This document shows positions 56,346-64,000 of a DNA stretch of 64,000 bases, in pieces. The translations under genes and the position numbers were made by a program. Source of the stretch: Acidimicrobiia bacterium (GTDB taxonomy: Bacteria > Actinomycetota > Acidimicrobiia > Spongiisociales > ZC4RG35); NCBI GenBank assembly GCA_965216725.1, contig CBDCGI010000022.1:64438-128437 (forward strand). Reading direction: 5' to 3'. The number at the start of each line of letters is the position of its first letter. Positions within the stretch are counted from its first letter, which is position 1. The notes beneath the pieces were generated by a model that did not search any database, was not told the origin of the DNA, and saw nothing but the letters and a program-made list of their open reading frames with translations.

Positions 56346-59284
56346 GGCACGTAAGCCCCTGAAGTTCCGGCCCAGGCGGGACACGACAAGCGGAATGCGC
56401 AGCGATTGCATCGGTTGTTGATCCTCGGAGTCCAGTCTTCTCCGGCGATGGAGCGTCCGATTTCGACCATGGTTTCTTCGACTTCCGTCAATCGCTCCGC
56501 ATCGAAGCGTCTGGTGGTCACCGACTGCGAACGAACCCTGGGTAGCCAGAACTCGGCGGAGACGACCGATTGGTCGAGCAGCGCCGACACCGCGGCCGAG
56601 TAGAAACCGAGCTGAATCGACTCTGCTACCTCATCCAGGGTCGGTGCCGTTGACGAGGTCTTGTAGTCCACGACTTTGGGCCCGTCGCTGGTGGTTTCTA
56701 TCCGGTCGACCTTGCCCACCCAGGTCACGCCATCAACCTCTTTCTCGACAACCAACTCCAGGTGGGTCGGAGTTCCGACCGAAGGCCAATTCTCATAGAG
56801 CTTGACCAGGGTCCCTTCCGCTATCGACTTCCAAGCAGAGGTCAACTCGGGAGTGCCGAAGTCGGCTTCGTCCCACCTTTCGTCGAGTAACTCGAGGACG
56901 CGTGACAGATCGGCATGTCTTCTGCCGGTGCCGATTATCTCGCGTTCAGCAAGTTCCAGCACTTCGTGGACCGAGGATCCGAACTCCAGATATGGGGATT
57001 CGGTTGATGTCAGCTTCAGCCGACGCTCCAGCGCATATTGACGGGGGCAGGTCTTGTAGGCATCTGCCTGGCTCGGGGAAAGCTTGGGCTTGCCTTCGAG
57101 GATGGGCGTGTCTGGCCCTTGGCTAGCCGTTCCGGGGAACCTCACCGCGTCCCAGAGACCTCGAGGTGCTTGTGCCAGCAAGGAGACAGCGGCCAGCCGA
57201 TCCACTACGCCGGCTTCTGGGTCGAGGGCGGCCCTCCGTAATTTTGTTTCCATCTCGGGCACACTCACCGGCTCGCCGGTTGACCTGTCTGGGGACCTCA
57301 GCTCTCCGATTGGCGAACCAGCGGCTGCGACTAGGAATCGCGAAGGGCGGCTCTCGCCTTGGTCAACGCCGGCGTCGGTCGCTGTCCACACAACGCGACG
57401 CCTGGCCCGTGTCATTGCGGTGTATGCGAGACGCATCTCCTCTTGAACTTGAAACAGGTGTTGGGCAGAGGGGTTTCTGGAACGTTCCGGGTCGAGGAGC
57501 TCCGGCCGCAGCATGCGGCGAGAGCGTCGCAGGTCGGGGAACACTCCTTCGACCGCGTTGGCGATAAACACCACGTCGAATTCGAGGCCTTTCGACTGGT
57601 GGAGGGTGGTCAGAGTGACTCGTCCGTCGTTGGGGTCGTGTGACATCAGGGGCGTCGACTCGAACCCCTCGTCCTCGACCATCTTGAAGTAGCGGGCCAG
57701 CGTGACGTTGGGGTCTCGTTCCGCCTGGCGTGTGAGCACTTGAGAGAATGAGGCCAAGGTGCCCCGCCAATCGGATCGGTCGGGATCGGAAGCGATCCGA
57801 TTGGATCCAGGGAGGTGGGTCCAGGCATGCCAGAAGCCCTCGCTGGCCGACATTTCAACGGACCAAGCCGGATCTGAGATGAGGTCGACAAGTTCGGATT
57901 GGGAGGCCAGATTGCGGCGGATCACCGCCGGCCAGTCTTCCCGGCTGTTGCGCCTGTCCCGGACAAGCTCGCGTTCGGCGCCGAGCCCAACGTCAACCAG
58001 GGGCCCGAGCAGTATGCGACGCATGGCCTGGTCTGCGGAAGCTGCGGTTGCGGGGTCGTCTTGGCCGTTCGCATAAGCGACCGTTGCCAGGTCCATGATC
58101 ATCCGAACCGATGGATGGTCGACGAGACGGGAGTCTGGCGGATCGTGGGGTATTCGCCGCCTGGTCAGGCCGCGGCTCAGTTCTCTCATGAAACCGCGCT
58201 TGGAACGAACCAGAACGGCGATATCGCGAGGAGACAACATCTCGAGACGGAGGATGCGCTCGACTTCCATTGCGATCCATTCCGCCTCGGCGGTCTCCTG
58301 GTCGAAGACGTATGTCTCGACACGGCCGGGGTGCTCCGCCGGCTCGACCGGCCCGGCCGCACCCGGCAATTCGCCCTCCGAGACGATGCGCAACGCCGAC
58401 TGGAGAATCTCACCGGGCACTCGGAAGCTCCTGGTCAGAACCATGCGGGTGAGGTCTGGATGTCGTTGCTCGAATTCGGCGACGTTTCGCAACTCCGCCC
58501 CGCGGAACGAGTAGACCGACTGATAAGGGTCCCCCGTAACGGTCAGGTTCTGGTGAGGCGCGGCGAGCAGGTGCGCCATCTCGGCCTGAGCAGGGGAAGT
58601 GTCCTGGTACTCGTCCACGATGACGTGGCCGTATTGAGCAGCGACCTCCTGTCCGCGGCTCGTGCCCAGCAGGTCCACTGTGGAGACCAACAACGTCCCG
58701 TAGTCCGTGCGGTCGGTTTCCTCGAGCAATCTCCGATATCGAGCGAAGAGACCCGGTATGCCCCGCCAATCGGCCCGTTCCCGTGCACGGTCCTCGACAG
58801 ACGCCGGATCCAGCAGACGTTCCGAGCACCGCATCAGAAAATCGGCAACTTCGGAGGCAAAGGCGGGACTAGTGAGGATTCCCCGGTAGGTGATGGGCCA
58901 GTCTCCGGGATCCTCGTTCGCCAGTAGCTCCTGGACGAGACTGGCCTGCTCTGGTGCGGTCAGAGGGGTGGGTCGGGGCTCCCCCGCTGCTTCCAGAAGC
59001 CTCAGGGCCAGCGAGTGGAAGGTGGCCACGTCCAATGCCATCCCGAATGGTCGAGCTGTCGCCTCCACCCTGGTCCGGATGTCACGCGCCGCCCTACGTG
59101 AGAAGGTCAGGACGGCGATTCGACCCGAATCGGTGGGTTCGGAGTTGATGAGATGAGTGACGCGCCGTACCAGGAACTCGGTCTTTCCCGTGCCCGGGCC
59201 GGCGACGATCAGCTGGAAACCGTCGGTCTCCTCGATGAAGCTTTCCCAATCGTCCGGGTCGACCCGGACGGTGCGTGCCGCCAC
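56342..59284 (-). CDS. adnA: ATP-dependent helicase-nuclease subunit (AdnA-like; UvrD-family motor plus RecB/AddB-type nuclease with Cys cluster)
   Basis: Motif I GPGTGKT, motif II VDEYQD, motif III GDPYQSVYSFRGA. C-terminal nuclease GKVDRIE..VVDYKT. Cys pattern C..(n)..CNRCAFRLSC. The stop overlaps the adnB start. Confidence 0.75.
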   Translation of the reverse strand: MAARTVRVDPDDWESFIEETDGFQLIVAGPGTGKTEFLVRRVTHLINSEPTDSGRIAVLTFSRRAARDIRTRVEATARPFGMALDVATFHSLALRLLEAAGEPRPTPLTAPEQASLVQELLANEDPGDWPITYRGILTSPAFASEVADFLMRCSERLLDPASVEDRARERADWRGIPGLFARYRRLLEETDRTDYGTLLVSTVDLLGTSRGQEVAAQYGHVIVDEYQDTSPAQAEMAHLLAAPHQNLTVTGDPYQSVYSFRGAELRNVAEFEQRHPDLTRMVLTRSFRVPGEILQSALRIVSEGELPGAAGPVEPAEHPGRVETYVFDQETAEAEWIAMEVERILRLEMLSPRDIAVLVRSKRGFMRELSRGLTRRRIPHDPPDSRLVDHPSVRMIMDLATVAYANGQDDPATAASADQAMRRILLGPLVDVGLGAERELVRDRRNSREDWPAVIRRNLASQSELVDLISDPAWSVEMSASEGFWHAWTHLPGSNRIASDPDRSDWRGTLASFSQVLTRQAERDPNVTLARYFKMVEDEGFESTPLMSHDPNDGRVTLTTLHQSKGLEFDVVFIANAVEGVFPDLRRSRRMLRPELLDPERSRNPSAQHLFQVQEEMRLAYTAMTRARRRVVWTATDAGVDQGESRPSRFLVAAAGSPIGELRSPDRSTGEPVSVPEMETKLRRAALDPEAGVVDRLAAVSLLAQAPRGLWDAVRFPGTASQGPDTPILEGKPKLSPSQADAYKTCPRQYALERRLKLTSTESPYLEFGSSVHEVLELAEREIIGTGRRHADLSRVLELLDERWDEADFGTPELTSAWKSIAEGTLVKLYENWPSVGTPTHLELVVEKEVDGVTWVGKVDRIETTSDGPKVVDYKTSSTAPTLDEVAESIQLGFYSAAVSALLDQSVVSAEFWLPRVRSQSVTTRRFDAERLTEVEETMVEIGRSIAGEDWTPRINNRCNRCAFRLSCPAWAGTSGAYVP

Positions 59285-59468
59285 CAGACGATCGTAGGGG
59301 TCAGGCCGCTTCGGGGAGCCTGGCGTCGAGCACTGCCACTAGGACTGCGTCGATTCCGAGATTTGCCAGGTATGCCACCGGGTCGGCAAAAGGATCCGTC
59401 ACCGCGTTGTCTTCTGTGTCGTTTCTCATGCTCTCAACGTACAACCTGGGTGTGACACGAATTCGGGC

Positions 59469-60140
59469 TCACGGTGTCAGGATGAGCGCTGCCGTGCGCA
59501 TGGCGCCACGTCCGGTCTTCTCGATGATCCGTTTCCGACCTGCATCATCAGACTCCAAAAGGGAGATCGCCAATGACCAGGCGTCGACCCGCCACTCCGT
59601 GATGAGACGTCCAAACACCCACTCGTCGACGGGCCCAAGCACTCTGTCTATCGTCCCCATCATCGGGTCCAAGGGGGCGACCACTCGCTCTTGCACCGGG
59701 TCGATGGTGACTTCGATGATGCGGTTCACCTCATCATGGTCGCTCTTCCTCGATCCTCTACTTTGCCCGTCGAGGATCTCCCAGTCGTCTAGGACGTCTT
59801 CGAGGGTGAACACGAGGTCGTAGTTGATGTGGGCGTTGATACCGAGAAGAAGTTTCTGAAGCGGATGAACGTCGGAGTTGAGGCAGGCCGTCATTGCATG
59901 TGACCAGACGGGTGGGCATTCTTCGCCGGCGTCGTACTGGTCGACAGCCCTGAAGTAGCGGAGGGCAAACTGGTCGATGAGCCGTGATATCCACTCGTCG
60001 TCTTGGAATCTGCCGGTACCCAACGCAGAGATCATGTTTTGGGTCATCACGCCGTACGCCTCGGCGAAGATGTGACGCGAGTCGGAAGTCCGCTTCCATC
60101 GCTCGGCTAGAGCCCTCATGTGATTCAGCGAATCTTCCAT
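59469..60140 (-). CDS. hypothetical protein (possibly DUF5995-like; GINAHINYDL motif)
   Basis: 223 aa soluble alpha-helical protein. The family assignment is from memory only. Confidence 0.4.
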   Translation of the reverse strand: MEDSLNHMRALAERWKRTSDSRHIFAEAYGVMTQNMISALGTGRFQDDEWISRLIDQFALRYFRAVDQYDAGEECPPVWSHAMTACLNSDVHPLQKLLLGINAHINYDLVFTLEDVLDDWEILDGQSRGSRKSDHDEVNRIIEVTIDPVQERVVAPLDPMMGTIDRVLGPVDEWVFGRLITEWRVDAWSLAISLLESDDAGRKRIIEKTGRGAMRTAALILTP

Positions 60141-60181
60141 CAGCGCAAGCTAACCATCGAGACATTTGTCTGGTGCCCCTG

Positions 60182-60643
60182 ATGGCTAGGTTGACCGGAG
60201 TGGCGAGTGACCCATTCTTGGAAGCCGCGATCGAGCAGGCGAAGAAAGGCCTCAGGGATGGCGGAATACCCATCGGTTCCGTCCTCGTCGTTGACGGCCA
60301 GGTCGTGGGGAGAGGCCACAACCAGCGGGTACAGAAAGGCAGCGCGGTTCTTCACGCCGAGATGGACTGTCTGGAGAAAGCGGGCCGGCTCAACGCCTCC
60401 GACTATCGCCGTTCCATCCTCTACTCCACCTTGTCACCCTGCGACATGTGCTCGGGCGCGGTCTTGCTCTATGGCATCCCGAAGGTGGTGGTCGGGGAGA
60501 ATCGCACGTTCCACGGCCCCGAAGACTACGTCAGGTCGAGGGGTGTTGAAGTCGAGATTGTCGACGACCCGGAATGTGTCTCCTTGATGACCGAGTTCAT
60601 CGTCGCCAACCCCGAACTGTGGGACGAGGACATCGGCGAGTGA
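60182..60643 (+). CDS. cytosine/nucleoside deaminase, yeast FCY1-type (CDA fold)
   Basis: Start re-chosen at MARLTGVA. Zinc motifs HAEMDC and PCDMC. The C-terminal half is nearly collinear with S. cerevisiae Fcy1 (TLSPCDMC..YGIP..VVGEN..ERPQDWFEDIGE). Confidence 0.8.
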   Translation: MARLTGVASDPFLEAAIEQAKKGLRDGGIPIGSVLVVDGQVVGRGHNQRVQKGSAVLHAEMDCLEKAGRLNASDYRRSILYSTLSPCDMCSGAVLLYGIPKVVVGENRTFHGPEDYVRSRGVEVEIVDDPECVSLMTEFIVANPELWDEDIGE

Positions 60644-60716
60644 TTCCTCGGATGGCTTGCAGACGAAGGAGCGCCCGGCGTGAGCCGGGCGCTCCTCGCT
60701 CCCAAAGCGGGAGTTA

Positions 60717-62417
60717 TCAGTTGATGCGGGTGATCCGGTCCTGCGGTCCGGGTGCGATCGGCGAGTTGGCGCCGAAGTAGGTCACCAATGCGTCCAGATC
60801 GACCTCACCGCCGAGCCGGTCCGTCCCGTCGACGAGAACCGAGAAGTTGTCTCCGCCGTCGGCAAGGAAGCTGTTGACAGTCACCCTGTAGCCGGCCCCG
60901 AGATCGATGGGGGCACCACCGATCATGATGGTGGCGGGATCCACCCTGCTCCCAACCGGAGCAGCTGCGTCCCACGTGTAGGTGAAGCCATCGGACACCT
61001 GGAGGATCCGGTTGCTGCCTGCACTCGGATTGTCGAACTGCTGCTCGAGGAGAGCGTCGATTTGGGCTCCGGTGAGTGTCATGGTCACCAGGCTGTTGCC
61101 GAACGGTTGGACACTGAAGGCTTCGCCGAAGGTCACTTCGCCGGCCCCCTCAGATCCGCTCGGAGCGAACAGCATGTCGTCCCGGATGCCGCCCGGGTTC
61201 ATGAACGCCACGACGGCCTCGCCTGTTGCCGCGCTCATCGTCGCTGCCAACTGCGCGTCGGCAATCACATCACCGAGTGCGGACTCGCCCGCGGCGTTGT
61301 TTGCCCTGAGGACGTCCGTTGTGATCGTCCCGATGACAGCATTGGCCAAGGGAGCGGCCAACAAGGTGTACTTGTCGATCAATGCCCGCAGGTCGGCGGC
61401 CGGCTCGACGCTGCGCAGATTGCCCACGTTCTCGATCGAGTCAACCGTTAGGTCCTTGGTCACACGGTTGAGAGTTACATCGATGTCGGTGAACAGACGT
61501 GCCCGGTTGTCGGCCATGGTCACCCAAAGGTCGTTGTCGGGGAAGTAGCAGGAGAACTCGTCGTTGGTATGGCCCGCTATGACCAAGTCAACCGCGGGAT
61601 CCAGTTGGACACTGATCTCTGCCAGTGGACCTGTGAGGCCTGAACCGCAGTCGTTCTGCCCACCGTCGGAGAATCCTCCCTCGTGGAGCAGGATCACGAA
61701 CGATTCGACATTGTTCTGCTGCAGGTGGGCCACCACCGAATTGATGGTTTCCGCCTCGTCGAGGAAGGTAAGCCCTTCCACGCCGGACGGAGTGACGATC
61801 GTGGGTGTCCCCTCAAGCGTCAATCCGATGAATGCAACTTTGACACCCTGGTAATTGCGGATGGTGTACGCCGGGAAGAGCGTCTCCCCAGTGGCGTCGA
61901 CAACGACATTGGCGGCGAGGAAGTCGAAGTCGGCTCCGGCAAAGCCGTCACCATCGAGGTCACCATCAATGGGGTGACTCCCGCCGTGGGCCATACGCAG
62001 GAGCTCCTCTGGCCCCTCGTCGAACTCGTGGTTGCCGACCCCGTTGATGTCGAGGCCGATGAGGTTCATCGCCTCGATGGTCGGCTCGTCGTGGAACAGC
62101 GCCGAGACCAGCGGTGAGGCACCGATCAAGTCGCCGGCTGACACCATGATCGAGTTGGCGACGCCCGCCTCACGGTTGCGGATGTTGGTAGCCAGGTAAT
62201 CAGCGCCGCCGGTTCCTCCGAACGACCCTGATGCGGTGTCGATGTTTCCGTGGAAATCGTTGATCGCCAGGATCTGTAGCTGGACTTTCTCCGATTGCTC
62301 GGCTCCTTGTCCTGGATTCCCCTCTCGTCGGGCGGTCGCCGGCGCTGCAAACAGCGCGGCCAGCAACGCGACCGAGGAGAGGGTGATGATCAGACGCCAC
62401 ATGCGCCTTGAAGTCAT
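60717..62417 (-). CDS. bifunctional metallophosphatase / 5'-nucleotidase (UshA family), secreted
   Basis: Start re-chosen at MTSRRMWRLIITLSSVALLAALFAAPATA (signal peptide). Metallophosphatase motifs INDFHG, GNHEFD and the C-terminal 5'-nucleotidase domain are present. Confidence 0.8.
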   Translation of the reverse strand: MTSRRMWRLIITLSSVALLAALFAAPATARREGNPGQGAEQSEKVQLQILAINDFHGNIDTASGSFGGTGGADYLATNIRNREAGVANSIMVSAGDLIGASPLVSALFHDEPTIEAMNLIGLDINGVGNHEFDEGPEELLRMAHGGSHPIDGDLDGDGFAGADFDFLAANVVVDATGETLFPAYTIRNYQGVKVAFIGLTLEGTPTIVTPSGVEGLTFLDEAETINSVVAHLQQNNVESFVILLHEGGFSDGGQNDCGSGLTGPLAEISVQLDPAVDLVIAGHTNDEFSCYFPDNDLWVTMADNRARLFTDIDVTLNRVTKDLTVDSIENVGNLRSVEPAADLRALIDKYTLLAAPLANAVIGTITTDVLRANNAAGESALGDVIADAQLAATMSAATGEAVVAFMNPGGIRDDMLFAPSGSEGAGEVTFGEAFSVQPFGNSLVTMTLTGAQIDALLEQQFDNPSAGSNRILQVSDGFTYTWDAAAPVGSRVDPATIMIGGAPIDLGAGYRVTVNSFLADGGDNFSVLVDGTDRLGGEVDLDALVTYFGANSPIAPGPQDRITRIN

Positions 62418-62494
62418 GGATTCCTCCCTTGGTTGAGGGCCGAACCTACACGAATTGTTCGCGGAGTGTGGCGTGAGACCACTCAAAGCGATAG

Positions 62495-62535
62495 AGCACG
62501 GGCGGAATCCGCCTAAAACCAGCTGTTTTTTTTGC
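62495..62535. promoter_or_regulatory. hairpin GGCGGaatCCGCC followed by the AT-rich palindrome AAAACCAGCTGTTTTTTTT (T8 tract) in a divergent intergenic region
   Basis: Seen directly. It is the only long T tract in this GC-rich window. It lies between the 5'-nucleotidase start (62417, minus) and the GNAT start (62587, plus). Confidence 0.25.
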
Positions 62536-62586
62536 CTTGTGCGCCATCTCCGGAGACCGCAGTGGACCGAATACCATGCCCTTCCC

Positions 62587-62925
62587 ATGGATTCGACCGA
62601 CGGGCTTCTGTTTCGTGATGACCCCGAGGATCGGCGTTTCGTCGCTGAATTAGGCGGTCGAGTCATTGCCTCATGTCAGTACCGGAGACATGGGTCCCGA
62701 TGGTTTCTGATCCATACCGAAGTCGACGTCGACTACGAAGGACAAGGCATCGGGGCCGGCCTCGCCCAGTATGCGCTTGACGAGATCCGGCGCCAAGGTG
62801 GGACAGTGGTCCCGATCTGCCCGCTGGTGGATGGCTTCATCGCCAAGAACCCCGATTACGCAGACCTGGTCGATCACGAAGTCTGGGAGCGGGTCAAGAA
62901 GAGCTTGAAATCCGGCTCCGGGTGA
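62587..62925 (+). CDS. small GNAT-fold N-acetyltransferase (YjdJ-like)
   Basis: 112 aa. QGIGAGL acetyl-CoA-binding loop. Start re-chosen at MDSTDG. Confidence 0.55.
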   Translation: MDSTDGLLFRDDPEDRRFVAELGGRVIASCQYRRHGSRWFLIHTEVDVDYEGQGIGAGLAQYALDEIRRQGGTVVPICPLVDGFIAKNPDYADLVDHEVWERVKKSLKSGSG

Positions 62926-63025
62926 CGTGTTGCATCGAAACGATCAGAGATGCGAGACCCCCCGTCGCCGCCGGGTTCTCAGTCCCGACGGCGACTGCGG
63001 GCCCCCACTCTCAGGCTGACGTCGT

Positions 63026-64000
63026 CTAGAAGGCCAGCCAGGACTCTTCGGCCAGTGTGTCCAGGTCGCTCTTCATGATGCCGGTACCCGAGATCGTGTA
63101 GACGCTGTTGCCGATGACGATCGAGCGGCGGATGTGGCTGCGGTGGTCCCAGTCATCTGAACCGGGATGCGAAATCCGAGTGATCTCGTCGATGTCGTCG
63201 TCTTCGACATCGAAGCCGACGGCTCCAAAGAAGGCGCCCTCTTTGTCGTCGTCCCACCACCATTGCTGGACCGGGATCATGCCGAGGCCGGTGTCCGGCC
63301 AATACAAGAAGGCATGGTGGTCGTATTCGACTTCCGAGTTCGAGCCCTCGGAGAGGGTGATGGTGTCGATCCGACGAGGGTTCGAGAGGTCACTCACGTC
63401 AAACAGCGAGATTTGGGTGCCTTGTATCCGGCCAGTCTCCGTCGCATCCTGGCCGACGCCGAGCAGAAGGTCCTCTCCGACCGGGTGCAGGTACGCCGAG
63501 TATCCGAGGATCTTCAGCTCACCGACAACTCGGGGATCGGAGGGATCGGAGAGATCCACCGTGTACAACGGGTCCGTCTGTCGGAAGGTCACCACGTATG
63601 CGGTGTCGCCCATGAACCTCACGGAGTAGATCTGTTCGGTCTCGCCCAGGCCGTCGACCGAGCCGATCTCCCTCAGCTCACCACGGTCCTGTGAGAGCAC
63701 GGTGACCAGAGATTCAGAATCTGACACGGGGCCCCACCATGCCGGGCTGGTGGTGGACGCCACACGAAGCAGGCCTTGATGCTCGTCCATGGCGAATTGG
63801 TTGAGCAGGTAGCCCTTTATCCGACCGGGTGGCCTCATAGGTCGTGCGGTTGGGGTCGGAGATGTCGAACTTGTGGATGTCGGTGGTGACCCGGTTCGCC
63901 TCGTCGCTGGAGACTCCCTCCTCGGCCCACTGGGACGTCCTCCAATTCTGGGTGGCGACATAGAGGTTGTCTTGAGACGAATAGACGGTCTCGCCGCTGG
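63026..64000 (-). CDS. beta-propeller domain protein (Beta_propel-like), partial at the window edge and apparently frameshifted near 63838
   Basis: C-terminal part (KGYLLNQFAMDEHQGLLRVASTT..FMGDTAYVVTFRQTDPLYTVDLSDPSDPRVVGELKILGYSAYLHP) is in one frame. The N-terminal part (..TDIHKFDISDPNRTTYEATRSDKG..) is in another frame extending to position 64000. Confidence 0.5.
   Translation of the reverse strand, partial: PAARPSIRLKTTSMSPPRIGGRPSGPRRESPATRRTGSPPTSTSSTSPTPTARPMRPPGRIKGYLLNQFAMDEHQGLLRVASTTSPAWWGPVSDSESLVTVLSQDRGELREIGSVDGLGETEQIYSVRFMGDTAYVVTFRQTDPLYTVDLSDPSDPRVVGELKILGYSAYLHPVGEDLLLGVGQDATETGRIQGTQISLFDVSDLSNPRRIDTITLSEGSNSEVEYDHHAFLYWPDTGLGMIPVQQWWWDDDKEGAFFGAVGFDVEDDDIDEITRISHPGSDDWDHRSHIRRSIVIGNSVYTISGTGIMKSDLDTLAEESWLAF

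Noticed and set aside
59285-59468. Possible LexA or RecA-independent DNA-damage promoter motif upstream of adnA
   Set aside because: No TCGAAC-n4-GTTCGA-type SOS box is found. There is only a weak resemblance (GGCAGTG) to the mycobacterial RecA-NDp motif, too weak to call by eye.
62926-63025. Stem-loop GTCGCCG-n18-CGGCGAC between the convergent GNAT and beta-propeller genes
   Set aside because: It could be a bidirectional terminator, but there is no U tract and only a 7-bp stem. It is a usable hypothesis only.
1-64000. tRNA, rRNA, tmRNA, RNase P or transposase/integrase genes
   Set aside because: None recognised. The intergenic gaps are short (mostly under 110 bp) and lack tRNA-like T-arm or anticodon structure by eye. 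No DDE, tyrosine or serine recombinase motifs were found in any ORF.

Overview
High-GC (about 65-70%) actinobacterial-type chromosomal window, read by eye without tools. The content is mostly core metabolism. Gene calls rest on recognisable protein motifs in the supplied six-frame ORF track, and several starts were re-chosen by hand. Housekeeping and metabolic genes: gpsA (partial), ychF, a CPA2 antiporter fused to universal-stress-protein (Usp) domains, gcvP behind a glycine riboswitch, a GDP-mannose pyrophosphorylase-like gene, menC-menD with convergent menF, murI, pckA, thiamine pyrophosphokinase, an NfuA-like protein, mug, mogA, aceE, plsB and plsY, dtd, AdnAB-like helicase-nucleases, an FCY1-type cytosine deaminase and a 5'-nucleotidase. 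There is also a methyl-branched acyl-CoA beta-oxidation cluster: HSD17B10-like SDR, acyl-CoA synthetase, alpha-methylacyl-CoA racemase, FadD-like ligase, acyl-CoA dehydrogenase and a split MFE-2 (dehydrogenase plus MaoC hydratase). Regions worth a second look: (1) a B12-like radical SAM enzyme with a C-terminal CCAEP tail, followed by an ABC exporter with two ABC-2 permeases. (2) A compact putative periplasmic copper redox operon: CoxG-like SRPBCC protein, cupredoxin lipoprotein, NosD-like beta-helix protein fused to a PLDc_N-type membrane hairpin, a Tat-exported two-domain multicopper oxidase and a YpfJ-type Zn peptidase. (3) A JAMM/MPN peptidase next to a rhodanese-ThiF E1-like enzyme with reversed domain order and no adjacent ubiquitin-like gene, bordered by a non-coding tandem repeat of about 154 bp. 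(4) An AdnAB-like pair in which both subunits carry AddB-like CxxCx5C cysteine clusters. No tRNA, rRNA, CRISPR array or obvious mobile element was recognised. Probable frameshifts affect menC and a partial beta-propeller gene at the 3' edge of the window.
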